IMG/VR virus record: IMGVR_UViG_3300039008_000175
Location: 1 to 64,000 of that record
From: a virus
Strand: one strand, 5' to 3'
Length of the DNA: 64,000 nt
The notes below the pieces were generated by a model, which was given only the letters and a program-made list of their open reading frames with translations, searched no databases and was not told the origin of the DNA. This document shows positions 47,040 through 56,500 of this stretch, one piece after another. The position numbers and the translations under genes were made by a program. How positions within the stretch are numbered: the first letter of the stretch is position 1; every line of letters starts with the position of its first letter.

Positions 47040-47570
47040 GAAAAAACCAAATCGTGCCCAGGTAGATCATCCGTACAATACTAACTACTCACCTTCCCGT
47101 TCCATGGTTTTCTCGGGATGGGGTTAACCTTAAGTAGTCGATTGAATTGGATTGATCTCCTGTAGCGGACACGATTTGGCCGGAATCATTATTCCTTATA
47201 GAAACTGTATGCTGCTTCACAGAGAAGACAGGTTCGCAATGACCTATCGAAGGGGCATACCTTCACCAGGCGAGGTCTTACGTCGCGGGTGGCGCACATA
47301 AACATATATCAGCAGTAAACGCACATAATATCAGACACTCGCCCCGCTGTCAGCGCGTCTGTTTTTATTGGAGACATATAACATATTAACCGGAATTGCA
47401 CCTACATCCGTGTTCCCCACCGGTATTTCACTTAGGGAAGCGGGCACGCTCATCCAGCTTAAGAGTCTGCTGGGCTCGGACAGGAATTGTCATATATTAC
47501 CTAGACACCTGTCGTGTCCTCGGCTTCATGTGGGTTGACAGATAAAGCATATAGAGCCACATGAAATTTT
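47040..47570. ncRNA. candidate large structured non-coding RNA (unclassified, strand undetermined)
   Basis: About 595 nt with no ORF, visibly GC-richer than its neighbours. Long-range pairing ccaaatcgtg (47047-47056) with cacgatttgg (47171-47180). Many local hairpins (gacac/gtgtc, ccagc/gctgg, accgg/ccggt, catgtgg/ccacatg). A terminator-like hairpin plus TTTTTATT lies at 47333-47368 on the plus strand. Confidence 0.4.
47293..47337. repeat. imperfect direct repeat CGCACATAA(ac)ATAT(at)CAG x2
   Basis: Copies cgcacataaacatatatcagca (47293-47314) and cgcacataatatcagaca (47320-47337), inside the large non-coding region. Confidence 0.6.
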
Positions 47571-47575
47571 TATTA

Positions 47576-48028
47576 TTAAGCAAAAGATAATTCAGATTCG
47601 TTAGAGGTTCGTCCCATGGTATTATTTTTCTTAGGATCTATCTCAAAGAGCACATCAATAATATCACATGCAACATCCGATACCAGACCAATGATTGATT
47701 TCAGTTTCACTGCACTGTGTCTGGTGAAACCTTTAGTAGTCACACGACACTTGTTCCCATACTCAAAGATCGCGTCTTCGCAGAACTTCGAAGTTCCAGA
47801 TACGAGGCCATGTGTTGCAATGCGACTACCCAATGATACAATAGAGTTGTTTGTTGTACTTCTAATACTACTCCTCCAGTTGAATGCTTGAAGATTCATA
47901 GACGGGGTTATCCTGCGGAAAGAATTGCTGCATGGATTTATCCCGATAGGATTCTTCAGGTTAGGGTGAATTGCTTTAAGCAAACCGGCTGATGATGATG
48001 AAAGAAACGAATTGTTATGAAACATCAT
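47576..48028 (-). CDS. orphan small basic protein (150 aa), isolated between two non-coding stretches
   Basis: ORF track gives 47576..48088. The ATG at 48028 has GGAG about 8 nt upstream. S/N/T-rich with several Cys. No motif recognised. Confidence 0.45.
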   Translation of the reverse strand: MMFHNNSFLSSSSAGLLKAIHPNLKNPIGINPCSNSFRRITPSMNLQAFNWRSSIRSTTNNSIVSLGSRIATHGLVSGTSKFCEDAIFEYGNKCRVTTKGFTRHSAVKLKSIIGLVSDVACDIIDVLFEIDPKKNNTMGRTSNESELSFA

Positions 48029-48138
48029 AGTTTCACTCCGTAGTTTAACGTCGTCGAGACATTGTAGGGAACAGCGTGTATTGATCAAATGAACCTATCC
48101 GTGGATTACATGAGAACTAGTCTCACTACTCCGTAGTG

Positions 48139-48178
48139 TTTGAATAGTAAAGTGTTCATTCGATCGACACTATTCAAA
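48139..48178. promoter_or_regulatory. 10-bp inverted repeat in the divergent control region
   Basis: tttgaatagt (48139-48148) pairs with actattcaaa (48169-48178). The nearby direct repeat CACT(AC)CCGTAGT lies at 48034-48044 and 48124-48138. Confidence 0.4.
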
Positions 48179-48229
48179 GATATAATATATAATCAATCGA
48201 GTAAATTGATTATTTTTAAAGGAGATTTT

Positions 48230-49429
48230 ATGAGCGATGAACAAGATCGGCTTATAGAAATGATGGCCACCCTCCCAGAGCCAACGTTGCCTTATTGGGA
48301 CTCTCGTAGTGACCTGTCTCCCGCAGAAATGGAGCATGTCCATAAGAACTACGACAACGTCTCCCTTACCTGGAATGCTGATAACTTCAAGAAGCTTTTC
48401 GATGGTGCAAGAGGAGATAACATCAATACATTGATGGATGGTCTGGGGGATACAGTTGTACGTCAGTATAACGGTCTCAGAGAAGCCGGATTAAACGAAA
48501 CACAGAGTGCAATCAGCAGGTTCGATCCTCTTAAGTTCAGATTGAATGAAGAGCCTGCTCATACTGGTAAGGGAGCTTCTTATATCTTTATCACTCGTCC
48601 TCCTCTTAATCTCCTTGGTATAGGACACGAGGATGCGCTTACTGATAAGGATAAGTTTCCTGATGGAACAGTGAACCTTCATCACCTGCCTATGTCGAAC
48701 TTCTATCTATATAGTGCCAGATATAAAGAAGTATACTTAGCGCTTGCCAGTATGATGGATAGATTCGGTAGCGCACCGAATAAATTCATGCCTGTACTCA
48801 GTAACTTCGCTGAAGATTTCAATGGTATACCTGAACTTACCATAGAAACAGAAGAAACAACTGGAACCTTTGAAGGAAGGACTCAAGTCTTTGCCAAAAC
48901 TATGGAGCAGAGCTATGGTAACAGTGGCTCACTTAATGTAACTTACTTTGAGAACTCCAGGTACTTCGTTATGCTTACTCACCTTATGTGGGTATCATAT
49001 ATAGGTGCAGTAGCAAGAGGTAAACTCAGACCTTCTTACGATTACAACTATAGTAATATAATGGACTATACAAGCTCTCTATTCTTTGTCAGGACGTGTG
49101 AGAACATGGTCGACATAGACTTCATTGCTAAGTTCATTATATTCCCTACAAACGCTCAGCAGAACCTTATGGATGGATTAACTGGCGGTGATTTCGTTAA
49201 ACCAAATATAAACTACCGGTATCTTCATGTTGAACACAATATCATGAATATCATCGGTGAGTTCAATGATGCAGGTGGAGGCGATATAGCTTCTGATGCT
49301 GATATCTGGGGACTTACTTCCGTTGGAGGTAATCCTACCATCAAGTACGATGGTGATAGTATATACAAAAGAATATGTACCAGGCCCTATATTACCAGCG
49401 ATGGTAAGCTTCTGTGGGTCAGATCTTAA
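48230..49429 (+). CDS. hypothetical protein (399 aa)
   Basis: ORF track gives 48140. The ATG at 48230 follows AAAGGAG by 6 nt. Confidence 0.65.
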   Translation: MSDEQDRLIEMMATLPEPTLPYWDSRSDLSPAEMEHVHKNYDNVSLTWNADNFKKLFDGARGDNINTLMDGLGDTVVRQYNGLREAGLNETQSAISRFDPLKFRLNEEPAHTGKGASYIFITRPPLNLLGIGHEDALTDKDKFPDGTVNLHHLPMSNFYLYSARYKEVYLALASMMDRFGSAPNKFMPVLSNFAEDFNGIPELTIETEETTGTFEGRTQVFAKTMEQSYGNSGSLNVTYFENSRYFVMLTHLMWVSYIGAVARGKLRPSYDYNYSNIMDYTSSLFFVRTCENMVDIDFIAKFIIFPTNAQQNLMDGLTGGDFVKPNINYRYLHVEHNIMNIIGEFNDAGGGDIASDADIWGLTSVGGNPTIKYDGDSIYKRICTRPYITSDGKLLWVRS

Positions 49430-49446
49430 AATAAAAGGAGAGGAAG

Positions 49447-52323
49447 ATGTCACAGGCGAATCAGAATATACTGATTGATATTCTCAAGAAGAATACATTA
49501 ACGTCTGAAGAGCAGAAAGCCAATGTTGATATATCTCATGCTGGTACTCTTGGATTCACTTTGAATGCAATTGCTGACCGTATGGATGATATCGACTTTG
49601 AAATCAGACGGAAATTTAACCAGGTATTTCCTGAAGAAACAGATATACCTGAGTATATCTATAAGCATGTATTTAGGCACGGCATGTCCGATATATTCGG
49701 TAAGTGTGCACAGGCTAGTATGATGCTTACATTCGATATAAAGGAGTTCGATAGGTATGCTCCTGTACACAATGGGTATAAGAGAGCTGTATTTCCCCAG
49801 GGTACTACCATTAAAGCAGGGGATACAGAGTTCTCCTTATATCACCCGATCGTTGTTAATCTCCAGGAATATGGAGAGAAGATAATCACTGCTTCATATG
49901 ATATAGATACGATGTGTTCTATATCACCAGTGAAAGCAGAGCCTATCAACGTATCCCGTGGTGCAGGGTCGAAAGTCACTCTTATTGTACCCATGGGTCA
50001 GTTCAAAAGAAGCTCCTATAGCTTTCTAGTTGATACACTTGATCTGGGCAATACCATGTCATTTAAAGCACCTGCCGGTGGTGATGTGTGTGGTTTCGAT
50101 GTTTTCATCACTAAGCCCGATGGTACTGTACAGGTACTTGCCAAATACTACAGCTCAGAAGTTGCTCCGAGAACTGCACCTCCTTTTGTATATTGGAAGT
50201 ACAATGGTTCTGAGATAGAAGCCACTTTCAGTATGGACTACCGTCATTACAAACCTTCTATTGGAGATACGATGAATATCGTCGTGTATGAAACAGAAGG
50301 AGTTAAAGGTAATATTAAATACTTTGGCAATGACTACTCGATTGTATATCCTTCTGAAGTAGAAGGCCAGAGTCAGTATCTTGGTAATATCTTCATCGAG
50401 TCTAAACTCTCTGGTGATATTGCAACTGGTGGTACAAATGAGAAAACATTCGAAGAGCTCAAAGAGTATTCCACCCGGATAAATACAACCAAGGGTATTA
50501 TCAACTCTGAAGCTGAGATCAATCAGCACTTTAAGGATAAAGGTGTAGACTTCGAGGAGATCAGAAAGGATAACCTCAGAGCGGTATACCGTGGTAATGT
50601 TATAGCTAAAACAGATAAAGGAATCATTCCTACTCGTACGGTTGATATGGTGGTTGATCCCGAAGTATCTGGCCCGTTCAAAGATAAGCTCCTTACACTA
50701 AGAGAAGCATCTTGTTATAGTCCATTATCTGAGGATCCTCATGGTATCGACAAGACGTATAAGCATAACCAGGAGATGAGTACTCAGTTCTTTGACTGGG
50801 AGAATAATCTTGGTGAAGTATTCGATATGGATGAGGCTGGTACTCTTATGTCTTGCCCATTTAATATCAGAATCCTTGAGAACGGTCCTGGTGTTGCACT
50901 GACTACTTTCTTCACCGATGAAGTAGTTAGCATGAGAGGAACTCATAGCGTGGATAGAAGTATCCATCAGACTCCTATATTCTATACAAACGTAAAGCGT
51001 AATCCTATACTCGATGATGGGTGGCTTATTGATATCCCTGTGATGCTTGATCCGATTACTCTGGAAGAGTTTAAGGCTGATCCTACTGTATTGACAATAG
51101 GTATTGGTATCAGAGGAAAAGAAACATATGAAGTTGCTACATTAGCAGATGGGTTCTATGTGGACTCTGAACTACCTGATGTATACCACTTCACCAAGAC
51201 TCTCAGAACAGATAACGCTACTGATATATTTGGTAATATCAGAATCCTCACAGATGCAAATATGGCCAATGGTAGAACTGGTAGTAAGATCGTAAATGAG
51301 TTCTTCTATATCTCACCTGAGATCGAGATTGATGTTGTTACCTTCTATAAGGATGGAGTTAATCCATTTGTAGATGAGGGCCATCCTCTTGTCGTGAATG
51401 GTATATTCAGTAATATCCTCAATGAATTATATAAGATGTTTAGCGCATATGGAATGGAAAGGAAGATCACTCTTGGTGATGACTTCACTGATTTCTTTAT
51501 GCCTTATATAGAACCTATCTTTGGACCCAAGGAATATCATGTCTTTGAAGAAGATAAGCCCAGGAGATATCTAACTGATAAATATGACGTAGGATATAAC
51601 GAAGGTGAGCTTGTTACAACTCTTGTTAAGAAGGCAGGGGAACTTGTCTATGATGCACAGGGGAATGTGGAGTATGAGCACCGGAAAGGTGATCCTGATC
51701 TCTCCAGACCCAGAGTCAGAAGCGTTGTATATAAACTCGAGAACATCCCTCTTGTTAAATCAGTTTATCTGTTGGATGATAAAAGGTCTAGTGCCTTCTA
51801 TCAGTCAATCAGAGATATGAGAGCTGAGATGAAGTCGGATACCTTTGTTAGAGGATCCAATATCACCTTCATGTTCCGGTATATGAACTGTTTTGGACCA
51901 TCATCTGAGTATTTCGCTTACAAGGGCGATGACTATAAACAGTTATCTCGTGTGGATACCCAGCTCACCTTCAGAGCCAAGATGGCAGCCAGTGTTGACG
52001 TGACACAGAGACCTATCATCCTGAGTGAGATGAAGACTATTATCAAAGATATGGTCAGTACAACAAACAGTGCAGGTGGATTTAATATCAATGATATTAT
52101 CACCCGGCTTACTAATACATATAAGACCCAGCTTGAAAAGCTTGAGTTTGTATCAATCAACAATCTACCCACAGAGTTTCAGAGTATTGGACGAGTTGCC
52201 TCTAATGATGTGAATACAGCTGCTGACTATATCACGATTCGTGAGAAGTTAAACAGAGCTGCATTCATGCAGAAGAGTCTTGTGTTCGATGTTGATATCG
52301 ATATTGCTCTGATAACACAATAG
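49447..52323 (+). CDS. large hypothetical protein (958 aa), possibly structural
   Basis: AAGGAGAGG RBS. No RNAP or enzyme motif seen. Confidence 0.65.
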   Translation: MSQANQNILIDILKKNTLTSEEQKANVDISHAGTLGFTLNAIADRMDDIDFEIRRKFNQVFPEETDIPEYIYKHVFRHGMSDIFGKCAQASMMLTFDIKEFDRYAPVHNGYKRAVFPQGTTIKAGDTEFSLYHPIVVNLQEYGEKIITASYDIDTMCSISPVKAEPINVSRGAGSKVTLIVPMGQFKRSSYSFLVDTLDLGNTMSFKAPAGGDVCGFDVFITKPDGTVQVLAKYYSSEVAPRTAPPFVYWKYNGSEIEATFSMDYRHYKPSIGDTMNIVVYETEGVKGNIKYFGNDYSIVYPSEVEGQSQYLGNIFIESKLSGDIATGGTNEKTFEELKEYSTRINTTKGIINSEAEINQHFKDKGVDFEEIRKDNLRAVYRGNVIAKTDKGIIPTRTVDMVVDPEVSGPFKDKLLTLREASCYSPLSEDPHGIDKTYKHNQEMSTQFFDWENNLGEVFDMDEAGTLMSCPFNIRILENGPGVALTTFFTDEVVSMRGTHSVDRSIHQTPIFYTNVKRNPILDDGWLIDIPVMLDPITLEEFKADPTVLTIGIGIRGKETYEVATLADGFYVDSELPDVYHFTKTLRTDNATDIFGNIRILTDANMANGRTGSKIVNEFFYISPEIEIDVVTFYKDGVNPFVDEGHPLVVNGIFSNILNELYKMFSAYGMERKITLGDDFTDFFMPYIEPIFGPKEYHVFEEDKPRRYLTDKYDVGYNEGELVTTLVKKAGELVYDAQGNVEYEHRKGDPDLSRPRVRSVVYKLENIPLVKSVYLLDDKRSSAFYQSIRDMRAEMKSDTFVRGSNITFMFRYMNCFGPSSEYFAYKGDDYKQLSRVDTQLTFRAKMAASVDVTQRPIILSEMKTIIKDMVSTTNSAGGFNINDIITRLTNTYKTQLEKLEFVSINNLPTEFQSIGRVASNDVNTAADYITIREKLNRAAFMQKSLVFDVDIDIALITQ

Positions 52324-52333
52324 GAGTATCGCT

Positions 52334-53533
52334 ATGAGAAAACCAAGACCGGTTACACCGGAGGAACATGAATATCTGATGAGTCTTACTGTGGATGACT
52401 ACGGAGTTAAGCTATTGGCATCGTTGTTTGCAACGACGAATAAGAAGCCCGCTAAGTTCATCCCTAAGGATACGATGACTCTACCTGCTGGTAAGATAAA
52501 TAATAAAACAACTGTGAAGACAACTGTTGGTCGGTATATCCACAACATGGGGCTTCTGTATAAAGTATTTGGTAATACAATTGAGTATACCAACTATGCC
52601 TGGGATAATAAGGGCTATGGTAAGCTTGAAGGTGAACTTGAGACTCTTCTTATGGAAGACAAGATCACTGGCCGTCAGATCGCGCAGTTCATCAATGAAT
52701 GGCGAGTCTGTACATCTGCTGCTGAGTTCATGAATCCTTCTGCAAACGTTGATGTAATGGCAACCTCTCCTGAAGTTGATGCGTATAAGAAGAAACTATT
52801 CAAACAGTACGACGATGAACTCAACAACGGCAATATCGAAGTAATGAACAAAGTAGATAAGTTAATCACCGCTAAGGTTATCGAAGTCTACAGTAAGAAC
52901 CCTGCATTCTCTCTTTATGAGACAGGTGGTAAGCCTAAGGCATCTGAGCAGTTGAAGCAGGGCATTGCATGCATTGGATACGTTCGTGTTGACGGTAAGG
53001 ATATTTACATCAGAGAATGCTTTGCTGATGGTGTAAGTATCGAAGGAAATATCCTTGAAGGTAAGAAAGCAACAGATGGTGTTGTAGACCGTAACAAATC
53101 AACTCAGGATGGTGGATACCAGACTAAGTTGGTAATCGGTGCTCTTACTACTTACACTGTCGACAGGAATCCGAAGTCTGACTGTAAGTCAACTACCTAC
53201 TATAAAGTTAAACTCACCAAAGACAACAAGAAAGACTGGCTCTATACATTCGTTAGGACCAGTAAGAGTAATCATAACCTTGTTGAGCTTACATCTGAGA
53301 ATATAGATAACTTTTTGGATAAAGATATTGAGGTCCGGGCGCCTCTCTTCTGTAAGTCTAAGACGATCTGTTCTAAATGTATTGGAACACGTCCTTATAG
53401 AATGGAGATATACGATATTGGTCTTATTTATCCATCAAATACATCAGGACTCTTACAGAAAGCTTTGAAAGCTATGCACTCTACAAAAGTAGACCTTGTG
53501 AAGCTTGATTTCTATGGAGCGTTTAAATTGTAA
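52334..53533 (+). CDS. multisubunit RNA polymerase beta-prime-like middle fragment (second copy of the bridge-helix/zinc region)
   Basis: TTVGRYIHN (cf. beta-prime TTVGR). ETGGKPKASEQLKQGIACIGYV and DGVVDRNKSTQDGGYQTKLV are bridge-helix-like. Zinc motif RAPLFCKSKTICSKCIG. It ends at LLQKALKAMHSTK..., which resembles the start of the trigger loop. Confidence 0.7.
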   Translation: MRKPRPVTPEEHEYLMSLTVDDYGVKLLASLFATTNKKPAKFIPKDTMTLPAGKINNKTTVKTTVGRYIHNMGLLYKVFGNTIEYTNYAWDNKGYGKLEGELETLLMEDKITGRQIAQFINEWRVCTSAAEFMNPSANVDVMATSPEVDAYKKKLFKQYDDELNNGNIEVMNKVDKLITAKVIEVYSKNPAFSLYETGGKPKASEQLKQGIACIGYVRVDGKDIYIRECFADGVSIEGNILEGKKATDGVVDRNKSTQDGGYQTKLVIGALTTYTVDRNPKSDCKSTTYYKVKLTKDNKKDWLYTFVRTSKSNHNLVELTSENIDNFLDKDIEVRAPLFCKSKTICSKCIGTRPYRMEIYDIGLIYPSNTSGLLQKALKAMHSTKVDLVKLDFYGAFKL

Positions 53534-53539
53534 TAAAAG

Positions 53540-53570
53540 CCAGGGCCCATAACGGGCCCTGGTCTATTTA
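53540..53570. terminator. bidirectional terminator between convergent genes
   Basis: ccagggccc-ataac-gggccctgg. T-rich on the minus-strand side (cttttatta), weaker on the plus side. Confidence 0.7.
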
Positions 53571-56500
53571 TCTTACTTTGTCTGCGGCGTCTCTGATGAA
53601 CTTCTCCAGCTTAGCAATCTTAGTATCATAACCAAGATGCTTACCGAACTTCTTCCATCCCTCTACAGGTAGAGAGTTGAAGAACCCGGTGATCGCTGAA
53701 TCAACTTCAATACGACCGTCATCGTCGAATAGCTTGTCAGCTCCAATATTCATAAAGTTGCCTTTTCTCTTCTTGAGATCTTTGTAGACCTTCAGAACAT
53801 CTTCTGCAACTGACTTATTGGTGGCTTTCTTACGACGTTTCTTCTTCTTTGTCTTCACATCGTTATCGATGATCATCCCAAGAGGAGCTGCCTGCTCAGC
53901 GTAGTGATCTCTGATCTTTTTGGCTTCAGCAGGGATAGGGGCACCTATATACTGAAGATAAGGATTCATATACCCATTGAGTTTCTTAATCCTTTCCAGC
54001 TCAGCAATATCAGCATCAAGCTTGGCTTCGATATCCGGAGTGAGTTTCGCATCACCCTTCATTCTAGTGAGTCTATCGATGGTTGCATCAATACGCTTGT
54101 TTACACCAGGATGACTCGCACCGCCCTGGATGAGCATAGTGATCACATTGTATACATCATTTGAGAACTGGAACAGGATGTTGATGATAGGAACACTGGT
54201 CATGATCTTCTGGATCATATTGTACTGGTCGTACTTCTGCCCTCTCATCTTAACAAGTGCCATCTGCACATCTGCACCATACCCATATGCCGTAGCCATA
54301 GAATCTGACTCATACTCCTTCTGACGATGAAGTTTACCCGAGAGTCTACCATGCCAGAAGTCAGATGCTTTATAGGGAGTAATGAACTGAGTGATCATAT
54401 TTCCCCAAGAGATCAGAGGCGACTTGATGAAAAGGAAGAGGTACTCCACACCTATAAGAAAGGTGAATACAACCCAAACTACTCTACCGAATGCAACTGC
54501 ACCGGCAAGTTCGTTCTCTTGATCATATAGTTCTCTGGCTTTCTTCTCGTACTCTTCTCGTACCTTCCGAAGCTCTTTGATAACCTTGTCAGGATTCTTC
54601 ATATCAATCATATTGAGCTGAAGAGCTAATAGATTAATATATGATGCCATGATATCACCCAGCGAGATCATAGCGAATGGGATAAGCCCAGGTACCATCA
54701 GAGGGTTGATAACATAAGCCATCAATGCAGGTGCCAGACAGATGGTTGCATGCCAGAACGCAAGCTTGTTGGCAAGCTTATAGCGCTTTCTGGTTTCATC
54801 ATACATACCCCAGTCAGAGTAGAACTCAAACTGGTGACCTATCTCATGAAGAAGAATACCCACACATTCCCTATCGGTGATGAGTGAGTTAACCAGAAGA
54901 CCACGATTCAAGAGGATATAAGCAGGAAGCTTACCCTTCTTAAACCGGATCCCTTTCTTATCAATCGACCATACACCTGCTTTAATCTCTTCAGGAGTGT
55001 AGTAGTCGTTTTCAATAAACATTGCAAATGCAATGGTGGCAGCATTGAGATCTGCCTGGGTCATATCGATGTCTGTGTTCTTGAAGTTGAAGATCTTTGT
55101 GATAAGCTTCTCCAGCTTCTTACGGATAGTAATTTGACCATCACTCAGGCTCACAGCCGATGCTTTAACACCATTAGACGAAAGCCACTCTTCTCTGAGA
55201 TCATGGATAAGTTTCACCATATCCAGATCAACTCTGCTATCATTTACGATATTAAGTTTAGAGAAGATAGATACAGCCGGAGCATCCTTATTAAGGAGAG
55301 TGTACGTCGCTTCGAGATCGGAATTCTCTCCACTGATAATCTCGTAGCACTCCAGCTCTGCTTCTGTGAGTTCTGCGGTGGCCATCGATAATAGGTCATA
55401 CCCCAGTACATCCTCCATCATAGGAACAGACGGAGGAGTCTTCGATTCGGGGTTCTTGAAGTTCAGATCTGTACCCTTCGTTGCTAATGCATAGAAGAAG
55501 GATACAAGAGTCTTCGGCTGAAGCGTCTGGAACTGCTTATTAACCCATCTTATATCAGAGAAGGGAAACAGCTGCCTCTCGACGTTCTGCATGAGAAGCT
55601 TGTTCTCTTTAGAGAGTTTACTATATAGGTTATTGAATCTATGAGTTGCCATAGACTTAAATGTCTCAGTAGTAAGATTGAAGAACTCTTCACTCTCTTC
55701 ATTGGGCATCCTGTTCTTTGCTGCAACAATGAAAGGAACTTCGAATGCACTATAGATATCTCTTCCATAGAAGAGAGATTCGATATAGGCATCTTCCAGT
55801 TTGAAGTCGGTATCGAAACTGTACTTAGCACACTCCTGATCCTTCACAATAACATCAGTACCGTTTACTGCTTCTTTGATTGTATTATTTGAACTGATGA
55901 TCTCATCCTTATAGGTAGAGATCATTCTAGCGTAGTTGGGACCAACAACTTCTTTGACATATGCAATGAAGCCGTCTTTTACCGCCAGGACATAGTCTTC
56001 GGGTGATTCAGGATTGAAGGTCTGTCTGGCCATGAATCCGTTTACTCCGAAGAAGAATAGATAGAAGGTTCTCATGGGATCAAAAGCATCCCTGCCGAAC
56101 TGGTTGTTGTATTTCATTGCATTTGCAACATTGCGGTTATCGCCGATCCAGTCAGGGGAGAGCATACCGGCAATATAGCGCAAGTGGTTAACGATACACA
56201 TCCTGAATAAAGACTGTACACTGGAGTTACCCACCTTAACATGCACAGGGCTAAATACATTGGTTGATCTAGCCGCATTGAAAGACTCAGTGGCAACGAG
56301 CTGCATGAACTCTTTACCATCTTCTTTCTTCGAGTATATGTTGAGCATATACCCTCTTTTGTCTGACCGATCTATAAACTGATGGACGTTGGGTGTCACA
56401 TCTGTGATATTGATCTGCTCACCCAGGAACCTGGTAATGAGCCAATACCCTAACTCCCTTTCAGTAGATACCTCAGTCAGAATAAAGCTCCTTCTCGACT

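Noticed and set aside
47225-47252. GGTTCGCAATGACC, reminiscent of a tRNA/tmRNA T-arm, within the large non-coding region
   Set aside because: I could not build a 5-bp T stem with a 7-nt loop, nor an acceptor stem, anticodon arm or CCA-proximal pairing around it. I could find no tag-peptide reading frame either.
49447-52323. Considered whether the 958-aa protein upstream of the beta-prime fragment is the missing RNAP beta C-half
   Set aside because: None of the conserved beta C-terminal blocks (for example the GNKGV / NPLGVPSRMN / GGQRFGEME types) is visible in the translation.
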